A stretch of 63,997 nucleotides of DNA, counting the filler, from Thermoplasmatota archaeon (GTDB taxonomy: Archaea; Thermoplasmatota; E2; JACPAO01; JAHFTW01), in assembly GCA_041623215.1 (NCBI GenBank). It is 6 parts of 6 records of this genome, joined end to end, with 100 filler letters (N's around TTAATTAATTAA, not from the genome) between each part and the next. Parts side by side here need not be neighbours in the genome. Positions count along the whole stretch, not along the records: positions 1 to 12,249 come from JBFJXH010000050.1; positions 12,350 to 23,918 come from JBFJXH010000053.1; 4 more parts are not named here. The stretch is one strand, 5' to 3'. The translations under genes and the position numbers were made by a program. Below the pieces are notes generated by a model, which worked only from the letters and a program-made list of their open reading frames with translations, did no database searches and was not told the DNA's origin. Below are positions 8,591 through 17,600 of this stretch, one piece after another (position 1 is the first letter of the stretch; each line of letters begins with the position of its first letter).

Positions 8591-10402
8591 GTGGCCGTGA
8601 CCACCTCAACCCAAACCGCCTCCACGGACTGGCCCGACGTCACCGACGCCGTCATGGACTTGGCCAAACGTCGCGGCTTCCTGTTTCCCGCCTTCGAGGT
8701 GTATGGAGGCGCGGCGGGCCTGTATGATTATGGGCCGCTGGGCGCCGTCATGAAGAACCGCTTCGAGCAACTATGGCGCCGCACCTTCACGACGTGCGCG
8801 GTGCCCATGGCCGAGGTTGCCTGTCCGCGCGTGACCATCCACGACGTCCTCAAGGCTTCTGGCCATGTGGATGAATTTACGGACCTGGTGGTGCGGTGTG
8901 CCAAGGGCCATCCAGTTCGCGCCGATCACCTGGTAGAAGCAGCAGGATTCCAAGGGACCGCAGACGCCCTGTCTGCCGAAGCCATTGACCACGAAATTGC
9001 GGCGCTTGAGCCCAAGTGCCCGACCTGTGGTAACCCCGAGTGGACGCCAGCCAAGCCGATGAATCTCATGTTCAACACGGAAATTGGCCCAGGCAGCGGG
9101 CGCACAGGCTACCTACGCCCCGAAACGGCCCAAGGCATTTTCACCGATTTCCCGCATTTGCTGCGATTCTTCCGGGGCAAAATGCCGTTTGGCGGCATCC
9201 AAGTCGGAGGCTCCAACCGCAACGAGATTAGCCCCCGTCAAGGCATGCTTCGACTACGAGAGTTTCACATGATGGAAGCGGAGGTTTTCTTCACCGACAC
9301 GAACACGCCCCTACCGGCGTTTCGGTCCGTGGCAGACCGCCACGCAACCTTCGTCCCCAACACGGACGAGGTGCCGGTCGTCAAATCCATTGGCGACGCC
9401 GTTGCATCCGGCATGGTGGGAAACGAGGCACTGGGGTACTTCCTCGCGCTGACCCAGGAATTCCTCGTTGCCGCCGGCGTGGACCCCGCGCGTCTTCGCT
9501 TCCGGCAACATTTGGACGACGAAATGGCCCACTACGCCAATGACTGCTGGGACGCCGAATTCTACTCGGCCCGGTACGGTTGGGTTGAGTGCGTGGGCAT
9601 CGCAGATCGCGGCTGCTACGACCTACAGCAGCACGCCACGCACACCGGAAAAGCAAGCGACTTCCAAGTTACCGTCGACCTGCCCGAACCGCTCACCTTC
9701 GAGGCCACCGCTTACGAGCCAGACCTTGGCATGCTCGGCCGCACGTTCAAGGCGCAGGCAAAGCCGATTGCAGCGGCGCTCACGGCATCCTTTGACGCGG
9801 CCAGCGCCCTGCGCGCCGCCGGCCACGAAGCAGCATGGCTCGAAGAGGACCTGCTGGTGAAGGGGCCCGACGCGGAGCCTGCCACCGAAGCCGTTTTCGT
9901 CGAAGTGGACGGTCAAACGATCGAGGTACCATCCGAGGCGATTCGGGTCCGAAGCGGCTCATGGACCGTTTCGGCGTACCGGCTGATTCCGCGCGTCATT
10001 GAGCCGTCCTTCGGCGTTGACCGCATCTTGTATGCACTGTGGGAGCACGCCTACGAGCATACGGAGAAGGAGGGCGACGCCTACACGCGGCTCCGTTTGG
10101 CGCCCGCGGTCGCCCCGGTTCAAGTGGCCATCTTGCCGTTAACAAACAAGGATGGTTTGCCGGATTTGGCCGAGCGGCTCGAGGCCAGCTTGCGTGGCGA
10201 CGGAGTGCTCACGGACTACGATGGCAGCGGCAGTATTGGCCGCCGCTACGCCCGCCAAGACGAGGTGGGTACGCCGTTTTGCATTACCGTTGACAACGAC
10301 TCGTTGCACGACGACGCAGTGACGGTGCGTGACCGCGACTCGACGCAGCAGACGCGCGTGGCAATGGCCGAGTTGTCCGCCTGGCTGGCCGAGCGCCTCT
10401 AA
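8591..10402 (+). CDS. glyS: Glycyl-tRNA synthetase, archaeal/eukaryotic alpha2 type
   Basis: LAKRRGF, YDYGPLG, ASGHVDEF, YLRPETAQGIF, RNEISPRQG, LRFRQH, MAHYA, IEPSFG, SIGRRYAR. Confidence 0.96.
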   Translation: MAVTTSTQTASTDWPDVTDAVMDLAKRRGFLFPAFEVYGGAAGLYDYGPLGAVMKNRFEQLWRRTFTTCAVPMAEVACPRVTIHDVLKASGHVDEFTDLVVRCAKGHPVRADHLVEAAGFQGTADALSAEAIDHEIAALEPKCPTCGNPEWTPAKPMNLMFNTEIGPGSGRTGYLRPETAQGIFTDFPHLLRFFRGKMPFGGIQVGGSNRNEISPRQGMLRLREFHMMEAEVFFTDTNTPLPAFRSVADRHATFVPNTDEVPVVKSIGDAVASGMVGNEALGYFLALTQEFLVAAGVDPARLRFRQHLDDEMAHYANDCWDAEFYSARYGWVECVGIADRGCYDLQQHATHTGKASDFQVTVDLPEPLTFEATAYEPDLGMLGRTFKAQAKPIAAALTASFDAASALRAAGHEAAWLEEDLLVKGPDAEPATEAVFVEVDGQTIEVPSEAIRVRSGSWTVSAYRLIPRVIEPSFGVDRILYALWEHAYEHTEKEGDAYTRLRLAPAVAPVQVAILPLTNKDGLPDLAERLEASLRGDGVLTDYDGSGSIGRRYARQDEVGTPFCITVDNDSLHDDAVTVRDRDSTQQTRVAMAELSAWLAERL

Positions 10403-10410
10403 CCCCCGCC

Positions 10411-11787
10411 CTAGGCAAATCCACTGTGCTCTTCGGAACCAATCGGGTCTTCGGCGTAGTGGAGCACCGTCAGGCCGGCATTGCCATCGGCAGTAATGGT
10501 GTAGCCTCGGTGGACCACAACGTCCCAAACGCCGGGCCGGTAATCGGCGCCGTCAGGTCGGTCCCCGTTCACGGGGTGACTGCCAACGGGCGTTGGAACC
10601 TCGGGGTTGCTGATGTCGAGGACCCAGACGCCACCGTGGTACATGGCCATGTAAAGGCGGTCGCCCACGAGTTGGAAATTGTGCAAGCTGAAGGTGGTGT
10701 CCTCGCCTTCGAAGTCGTCTAGGGCGACCCATTGGGCGAGGACCGTTGGGTTGTCGTAGTCCGTGATGTCAAGCACGAACAGGGCCGGGGGCCGGGCCAC
10801 TTCTGGCGCACTGAAGGCAATCCGCCGGTCACCTTGAGCCATCATCATACTCGTGTGGATGAGTCCCGTGTACATGTCGCCATCCTCGCCGTCCCAGGAC
10901 CCAACCTCAATCGGGACTTCAGGGATGCTAACGTCCACGAAGCGCGTGCCCAGGTTCCAGAACGAAACAGTGAGCATGGGCGTGCCCGTCAAGGGGTCCT
11001 CCTGGAACGTCATGTCCTGGTGGCCGCTGACGTGCTTGAAGGGGTAGCCCACGGGGTCATTCTGTAGTGCCGCCACTTGCTGCTCGACAAACTTGGGGTG
11101 ATTGGGCACCCAGCGAGCCACGGTGACAATTTCCCGTTGGCCACTTGGCGTTGCAGGCAGGATACGCCCGACGTAAACCGCATTGTCCAGGGGTGCACAA
11201 AACAGGTATTCTTCTTCGTTGATGGATGCATATTCCACCATGTGGCAGCCAAGTAGCGTGCCGGGCGCGGGCCAGAACCCGGCCAATTGTGGATTCGCCT
11301 TGTCCCGCACGTCGTAAATCAAAACGCCCGGCGTCGTGGAGAGTTCCATCGCCAGGAAAACCCAGTTGCCTTCTGCGTCTGCCTTGAGGTCCGCCGTGTA
11401 ATGTCCGACGACCGGCGGCGCGGGTGTTTCCACTTCCACGATGCTCACGGTCACAGGGTTGGCCGGGTCGCTGACATCGATAATCGCAAAACCGACGTTC
11501 ATGATGGCCACGAACGCGTGGTCGCCGGCAATGTCAATTTCTGCCATGTAGCCGGGCGGCCCATCCGGCGTCACCGGCTCGGTCGCAATGAGGTGCATGT
11601 TATTGGCGTGCTCATGGCCCTCCAGGGTGTCGTGGTCGTGACCGACACTGATGGGGTTCACAAAGGGCGCCAAGGCAGGCATGTCATTCGCGTCATCAAG
11701 GGGCGAATCGTCGCTGGCGTCGCCGAGGCAGCCAGCCAAGGCCGGGAGTGCAACTAGGGCTGCCACCCAGGCGTAGGTGTGCTTCAT
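10411..11787 (-). CDS. LVIVD-repeat beta-propeller lipoprotein
   Basis: Lipobox LAGC; repeated units GFAIIDVSDPANP, GVLIYDVRDKANP, GTRFVDVSIPEVP, GVWVLDISNPEVP. Confidence 0.82.
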   Translation of the reverse strand: MKHTYAWVAALVALPALAGCLGDASDDSPLDDANDMPALAPFVNPISVGHDHDTLEGHEHANNMHLIATEPVTPDGPPGYMAEIDIAGDHAFVAIMNVGFAIIDVSDPANPVTVSIVEVETPAPPVVGHYTADLKADAEGNWVFLAMELSTTPGVLIYDVRDKANPQLAGFWPAPGTLLGCHMVEYASINEEEYLFCAPLDNAVYVGRILPATPSGQREIVTVARWVPNHPKFVEQQVAALQNDPVGYPFKHVSGHQDMTFQEDPLTGTPMLTVSFWNLGTRFVDVSIPEVPIEVGSWDGEDGDMYTGLIHTSMMMAQGDRRIAFSAPEVARPPALFVLDITDYDNPTVLAQWVALDDFEGEDTTFSLHNFQLVGDRLYMAMYHGGVWVLDISNPEVPTPVGSHPVNGDRPDGADYRPGVWDVVVHRGYTITADGNAGLTVLHYAEDPIGSEEHSGFA

Positions 11788-11841
11788 GGAGCCGCCCAGT
11801 TTGCCGGCCACGCTTAGTGCTTGTGTCGCCGGCCCTTCTAG

Positions 11842-12249
11842 CTAGCGCGGCGTAGATGCTGTGGCATCGGCCGGTTCCTCCGTTACTTGCCCGTCTTCGT
11901 CGGCCGCTTCACGGCCCGCCGACGGGGTCCCCGGAGCGCGCGTCTGGCCGGGGGCCTGGCGGGCGGTCGGCTGCGCGGTGGAGGACTCGGGCAGGTCGTC
12001 AACTGCGCCCGTGCGGGGCAGCAGGCCAGGCAAAGGTTCGTCCGACCTTACGCCGTGGACAGGCCAGCGCACTTCGAAGCGCGTCATAGCGCCCAAGTTT
12101 TCGATGTTAAGGGTGCCCCCGTGCGCTTCGACGAGGATTCGGCCGACGTAGAACCACAAGGCGTGTTCTGCTTGCTCGCCCGTTGATGTGTCGCCCATAA
12201 GGAAGCCGAAGGGGTCCAGGAGGCCCCGTATTTCACCTGCCGTCAGGGC
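11842..12249 (-). CDS. C-terminal fragment of a degenerate HATPase_c (histidine kinase-like) protein
   Basis: Open frame from the contig end reads LTAGEIRGLLDPF...LWFYVGRILVEAHGGTLNIEN...TRFEVRWP. Confidence 0.65.
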   Translation of the reverse strand, partial: ALTAGEIRGLLDPFGFLMGDTSTGEQAEHALWFYVGRILVEAHGGTLNIENLGAMTRFEVRWPVHGVRSDEPLPGLLPRTGAVDDLPESSTAQPTARQAPGQTRAPGTPSAGREAADEDGQVTEEPADATASTPR

Positions 12250-12349
12250 NNNNNNNNNNNNNNNNNNNNNNNNNNNNNNNNNNNNNNNNNNNNTTAATTA
12301 ATTAANNNNNNNNNNNNNNNNNNNNNNNNNNNNNNNNNNNNNNNNNNNN
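12250..12349. other. Artificial contig linker
   Basis: 100 nt: N run + TTAATTAATTAA (stops in all six frames) + N run. Confidence 0.99.
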
Positions 12350-13145
12350 AACCGTGGCCCTCCAGCCACATGGCAGCCGTCGCCTTGGCGGCAGCGAAGC
12401 CAACCACGTGGGGCGAATGCATGATGGCTCCCGGCTCCACCGTGTTTCGAACCACGTAGTCGCGGTCATAATCGACGGGTTGGCTCGCCCTCCCACTAGT
12501 CGTCAGGGTTGCCTTGTACGACCGGTCGCCATCCTCGTTGTCCACGGCATACATGCTGACAATCGTGAGATTGCCCGCCTCATCGGCACCCATGGCGTTG
12601 TCAACGCCCCAGATGCGGGCCGCCTCATCCAGACGAGCATAGTAGCGGTTGTCATCCCATTGGGCACCGCCGTCGCGCGATTGGAACGTGGTGTGGGGCT
12701 GGTGAATGGCGTTGTCGCGGGCCGCGCTGTGTGGCGGTTCAGCCTGCGTGGGCAGGTCCGGGCCAGGCCCTCCGTGCAGTGCATTGAAGGCAAGGAAACC
12801 GGGGTGGATGGGGTCAACTGCGAGAACGGGTTGGCCAAGGACGTCTTCGACATCCACTAGATAGGCTGGACAAGCTGGTTGGTCCGCCTGGCCGCGAGCC
12901 ACGGGAGGACATTTGAATTGCACATCGTAATCGCCGGCTCGCATCGTGGCAACCGGCACGCTGGATGCGTGATGGCCGGGCTGCGCTATCACGGTCGCCT
13001 CAGGCGACCAGGAAGGCATGAAGTCCGGCAGTGGGCCGCCAAGTTCTGGAGCCTCAGGTGCCAGGAACGGGCTTACGACGCCGTGCGCGGTCGCAGCTTG
13101 GGGCAGGAAAAGCAACACGACTAGGGGCAGCGCGAGGCGCATCAT
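12350..13145 (-). CDS. Secreted protein with Asp-box-like motif (3' truncated)
   Basis: Signal peptide MMRLALPLVVLLFLPQAATA; GGAGGT SD; SRDGGAQW; ATGA overlap with the upstream gene. Confidence 0.7.
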
Positions 13146-14698
13146 ACGGAGACCTCCGGGGGTCGTTCGGGGTGCGTCAAGGGAACGTTGTCCACGAGAG
13201 CGCCCCGCAAGCCCATGCCGCCGCTTTGCACAAGCACGACCGTTTGCCTGTCGCGACTCTGGTACTCGGCGCTCTGGCCGTCGCCGGCGCAACCGTTGCG
13301 AATGACGCAACCGTCCGTCATCGCCACGTAGTAGCGCCCTTCTGCATCTGACACCATGTCAATGAAGTCAAGCATGTTGCGACATTGTTTGGGTCCGCCA
13401 CCTCCGCCGCCTTCCCAGGCACAGCCAATCTGGATTGGGTCTTGATCAGGGGTTACGCGCTGGGTAAGGAAGAGTGGCTCATCGGCGTCGGCGTTGAAGC
13501 TGTGCGTGACGTAGGCGTGCCAGGCGGTGCCGCCAATGGCGTCGCTGGGCGTGGCGTCCTTGTCTTGTGGATGGGTCGTGCCAATGTACGACATCGCAAT
13601 GCTGCCGTCGTCGCCACTGGTAATGGCGGTGAACCTTGTCAGGGTAAGGTCGGGCGGCGACACGCGAAAGACATCGCACGTCTGGAACTTGTCGGTGGTG
13701 CGGGCGACGTACTGTTGGTGATCGTCGTGGCGGAACAACAAGTACGCTGTTCCATCCGGCGTCACCGTGATATCGGCATCCACCTCGACATTGTAGTAGT
13801 CGGGGGCGCACGTGTCACGAACTGTCCACGTGAGACCGTCATCTTCTGTCAAGGCTACCGTTAGCGGCTTATCACAGAAGTCGCTCGGCGTCAGGGGGAA
13901 GGCCACCACGACGGTCCCATCAGGATACGGAGCGGGGTGACCATTGAGCGCGCCGCAGCCCGGGTCGGGGCCTTTGACCATGTTATCATAGGCATAGTTC
14001 AAGCCTCCATCGTGGCTTGCCGCGCACCAGGTTCCAAGTTGAATCTTGTTTACACAAAGGTATAGGACAGAAGGATAGACGGGATTGAGAGCAAACGGCG
14101 ATGACGGGCCATGCGAGGACGTCATGATTTTTTGGTGGTCCAGGGAAGGCGTCGCGCACGAGGCTGGCCGGTCAATCCACGTGTCGCCGCCATCGTCGCT
14201 GATGTACATGTAGGTACAAAGCAGACCAGGATGCATGTGGTTGGTGAAGATGCGGTCCGTGGCAGGGTCCACCCAAATCATGGGGTCCGCGGTGTTGAAG
14301 TAATCGTCAACCGCGTTGCCCGGGGGCGTTCGGAAGTCGAGCACCATCTCCCAGGTTTGACCCTGGTCGCGACTGCGGTGCACTCGCTCCAGGTTGGTCA
14401 CGAACACGGAGCCATCCGAGGTCACGCCAATGTTGGGCTCGGCACCCTCGGTCGGTAGTTCGACTTCGACGCCGCGGGGTAAGTTTTCCCACGACAGGCC
14501 GGCATGGCCGCCTTCGCCAAGCACCGATACGTCAAGCACGTTGCCGGCCGCATCATGCAGAATTGGGTCGGCAAAAGTCCAGCTGCCGCCAAAGGTAGAG
14601 ATTTCCTGCGACCGCGGGGCGAACGCATCGGATTGGACGCAGCCCGCAAGAGCGGCCGTCAGAAAGAGGAGCGCAGGAAGCCCCAGCGACCTGTTCAT
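13142..14698 (-). CDS. BNR/Asp-box (sialidase-fold) beta-propeller lipoprotein
   Basis: Lipobox LAGC; Asp boxes SRDQGQTW, SDDGGDTW, SHDGGLNY, TEDDGLTW; GGAGG SD. Confidence 0.8.
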   Translation of the reverse strand: MNRSLGLPALLFLTAALAGCVQSDAFAPRSQEISTFGGSWTFADPILHDAAGNVLDVSVLGEGGHAGLSWENLPRGVEVELPTEGAEPNIGVTSDGSVFVTNLERVHRSRDQGQTWEMVLDFRTPPGNAVDDYFNTADPMIWVDPATDRIFTNHMHPGLLCTYMYISDDGGDTWIDRPASCATPSLDHQKIMTSSHGPSSPFALNPVYPSVLYLCVNKIQLGTWCAASHDGGLNYAYDNMVKGPDPGCGALNGHPAPYPDGTVVVAFPLTPSDFCDKPLTVALTEDDGLTWTVRDTCAPDYYNVEVDADITVTPDGTAYLLFRHDDHQQYVARTTDKFQTCDVFRVSPPDLTLTRFTAITSGDDGSIAMSYIGTTHPQDKDATPSDAIGGTAWHAYVTHSFNADADEPLFLTQRVTPDQDPIQIGCAWEGGGGGGPKQCRNMLDFIDMVSDAEGRYYVAMTDGCVIRNGCAGDGQSAEYQSRDRQTVVLVQSGGMGLRGALVDNVPLTHPERPPEVSV

Positions 14699-17600
14699 GC
14701 GCGCCTCCTGCGTCCAAAGACAGCGGCAAGCGTCACAAGGCCAAAGGAGGCAACGAAGGCAAGCCAAACGGGCCATGTTTCCGTGGTGAAATCAGACGCG
14801 ATTTCCATGGGCGTCGGTTCGGCTTCCTGCCGAATCGCAAGCAACGCTGCGGTTCCGGGGGTGTTTCCGGCGACAGCTTCGTGGGCACCCACTTCGGTCG
14901 CGTCGGGGAACGACCAGCCCTGCCCGGATTGCACGTCACCGATGTACATCATCTGCGCAACGGTGTCCGGTTCGAGGCGGAATTCGCGGTAGGTGTTGCC
15001 ATCCCCATCAACCCACTCAAAGGTGAAGGCAATTTTCGTCACTTCCAAGTGCATGTTGACGAGCACGCCCGGCACGACGTCGCCCGTGTCCAGTGGTAAG
15101 ACTTTGATCTTCGGCAAAATCCGCGCGTAGGTGGTGGGGCCAGCCGCCATGAGGCGATGGGAGCTAAGTGCCTCACCCGTGCCGCCCGAATGATAGACGA
15201 GCCACAAGTCAGTGGAGTCTCCCGCGACCATGGCAACGTCATCGAGGCCATCCTCGTCTAGGTCGGGCAAGCGATTGGGGAAGGCCAACGTGCCGGCGTT
15301 CTGCATGGTTACCAGTAGTTCGCCAGTGGCCCCCGAGGCCCAGGTGGTTTGGTGGAGAATGAGGCCATCCGGCAGGAAAATTGGATCGTCCGTCGGGTAG
15401 TCGCCAACGCCATCACCATCCAAATCCGGGAAGCCACCGTCGGCCATGCGAGCGTAGATGGCGGCAAGGTCGTAGGGTGCCGAGATGGTATTGGTGACGC
15501 GAATCATTTCGCCCGTGTTGCCATCCAAAACTTGGATGCCGCGCGCCGTCACATTGCTTCCATCCCCCGCGATTTCGATTGTGTTTTCTTGGCGCCACCA
15601 GTGCATGAAGACGAAGTCCAGACCCCCATCGCCATCCGCATCACCAAGCGGGTGAATTTCTTGCCAGCGCGGGGAGGTTCGCTCCCAGATGGTCGAACCG
15701 GTATCGCCGTCAAGGACGTAGATTCGGTCTTCGTAGTCGGACATGAAGGCCCGTAACTGAACGAGAAGGTCCTGGCCGCCGTCGCCATCCACATCTCCTG
15801 CGGGCCGAATGTCAACGGTGATGCCGTTGTCGTAGTCGGGATAGCTGCCGCGCCCGTTGGCACTTTCGATTGGTAAGTTGTCAACGAGCTCTTGGTCAAA
15901 CAGGAGCCGGCCATCGGCGCCGCTCCAAGCGTAGGCAGACATGCCGAAGCCTTCGCGGCCATCCACATTGGCGGTTCTGATATCACGCCATTCCCGCGTA
16001 ACCGTGACCAAGTCGGCTACGCCATCGCCATCAACATCGGGGCAGCACTTTGCCGCATCCCAATACATGTCCATGTTGCCCTGAGGAATGGCGTCCGGGT
16101 AGGTGTCCCAGTACCACCCGTAATTCGCATTGGCAAAGGGCGCCGTGACTGACGGCCAGGGTAGCACGCTGCGCCCTGGCGACGGGCTCAGGGTGTCTGC
16201 TTGGTACGTGAGGGTACCTGTGTCAAGGTCAACGCCAGCCATCCACTCGCGTGGGTAGTGTGTGTCGGCAACCTCTGGCGCACGGTTGAGTCCCATGCCG
16301 CTTACGTACAGGATGGCAGCGTTTGCCACGAAGCCAATTCCTTGCAGAAGCAATTGGGGCTCTGTCGTTCCTTGCAGATTGGGCAACGTATCCTGCGGAA
16401 TCGAAAGGTGGGGCTTGACAAGCAGCGTCTCAGCGACGTTCTGCCCGAAGAGACTGTCAAGGTAATAGCCCTCGAAGGGAATCGACCAACGAGTGGCGCC
16501 CGTGGCCCCGTCCACGAGGTACACCTCGTGGCGAATCATCGCCGGGCCGTCGAACAGCCCGCGATCCCATTCGAAGCGCTGCGCCAGCAGTGCACTGCCT
16601 TCGGCAGTTTGCACGGGACCAATGATGGCATCAACCGAACACGTCGTGATTTCTGCCCATCCCACCACCGCTGGCCGGGTCATCATACGGTCCCACAGCG
16701 GCTGCCCACTGGCGCCGCTTACGGCAACCACGACATGGTACGGGCCGCACCAATTTTCGGCCAGGAACCATTCAACCCAGGCGACGCCGCCCAGAATGGA
16801 CGGGTTGGTGTTGGCGCACGCGAAGTAGTCGAGACAAGAGATGTCCACGGCCACATCGTCAACACCGTCGCCATCCACATCTCCCAGGATGTGGTCGAAG
16901 GTGATGCTCATTTCCGGCGTCACGAGCGGGTCAATGGGTTGACCTGCGGCTGCCAAGAAGGCCAATGCAATCTCTTGGTCAGACGATTCCGGCGTGCTTA
17001 GGGCGAGCGCGAGGTCAGACAGGGGGCCTCCACCGGGCAGGGTCATCGCGCGGGGCGGCCCGCCCGAGAGGTGCTTGGCAGCATCGCCTATGCTGGGAGC
17101 AACATTCACGGGGGAAGATTCTAAGGAGCCAGGTGGCAACGCGCGCGAATTGCTTGTAGGACCTTCGCCGTTACCCGCCAGCTTGGGCTCGGTGGGCGGC
17201 GGGGCAAGAGTCCCTGCCGGCTCCGGTGGGGAAAGATCCAACTCCGCCAGTTCATTGGCTTCGTCGCCCAAAATCACCGCTGCATCGGCTTCGTCATCGG
17301 CGGTGTCGAATCCAATCATGCCCGGGGTTGGAATCAAGAGTAGCATCAGCATGATGCCGAGAGGGTCGCGGCGGCGACGGGCTGCGTCGCGGCGGCGGCG
17401 CAACAACGGCGCCAGCAGTAGCGCGCCGATGATGCCGGCCGCGACGGCAACGGCCATCCAACCGATGAGTTCCATGGCTGATTGAATGAAGCGGCCTCGG
17501 TGCAGTGCCGACTCTTGCAGGAGGGCCGGCGAGTCTTCGCCAGAGGTAGTGGCCGGCAGGAGCCAGCGGGGTCCATCCACGTCGATGATGCCAAAGGAAG

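Noticed and set aside
12350..13145. Same gene as the 58265-59614 fragment, split by assembly
   Set aside because: No nucleotide overlap is visible. The loosely similar regions differ in sequence, so they are at most paralogues.
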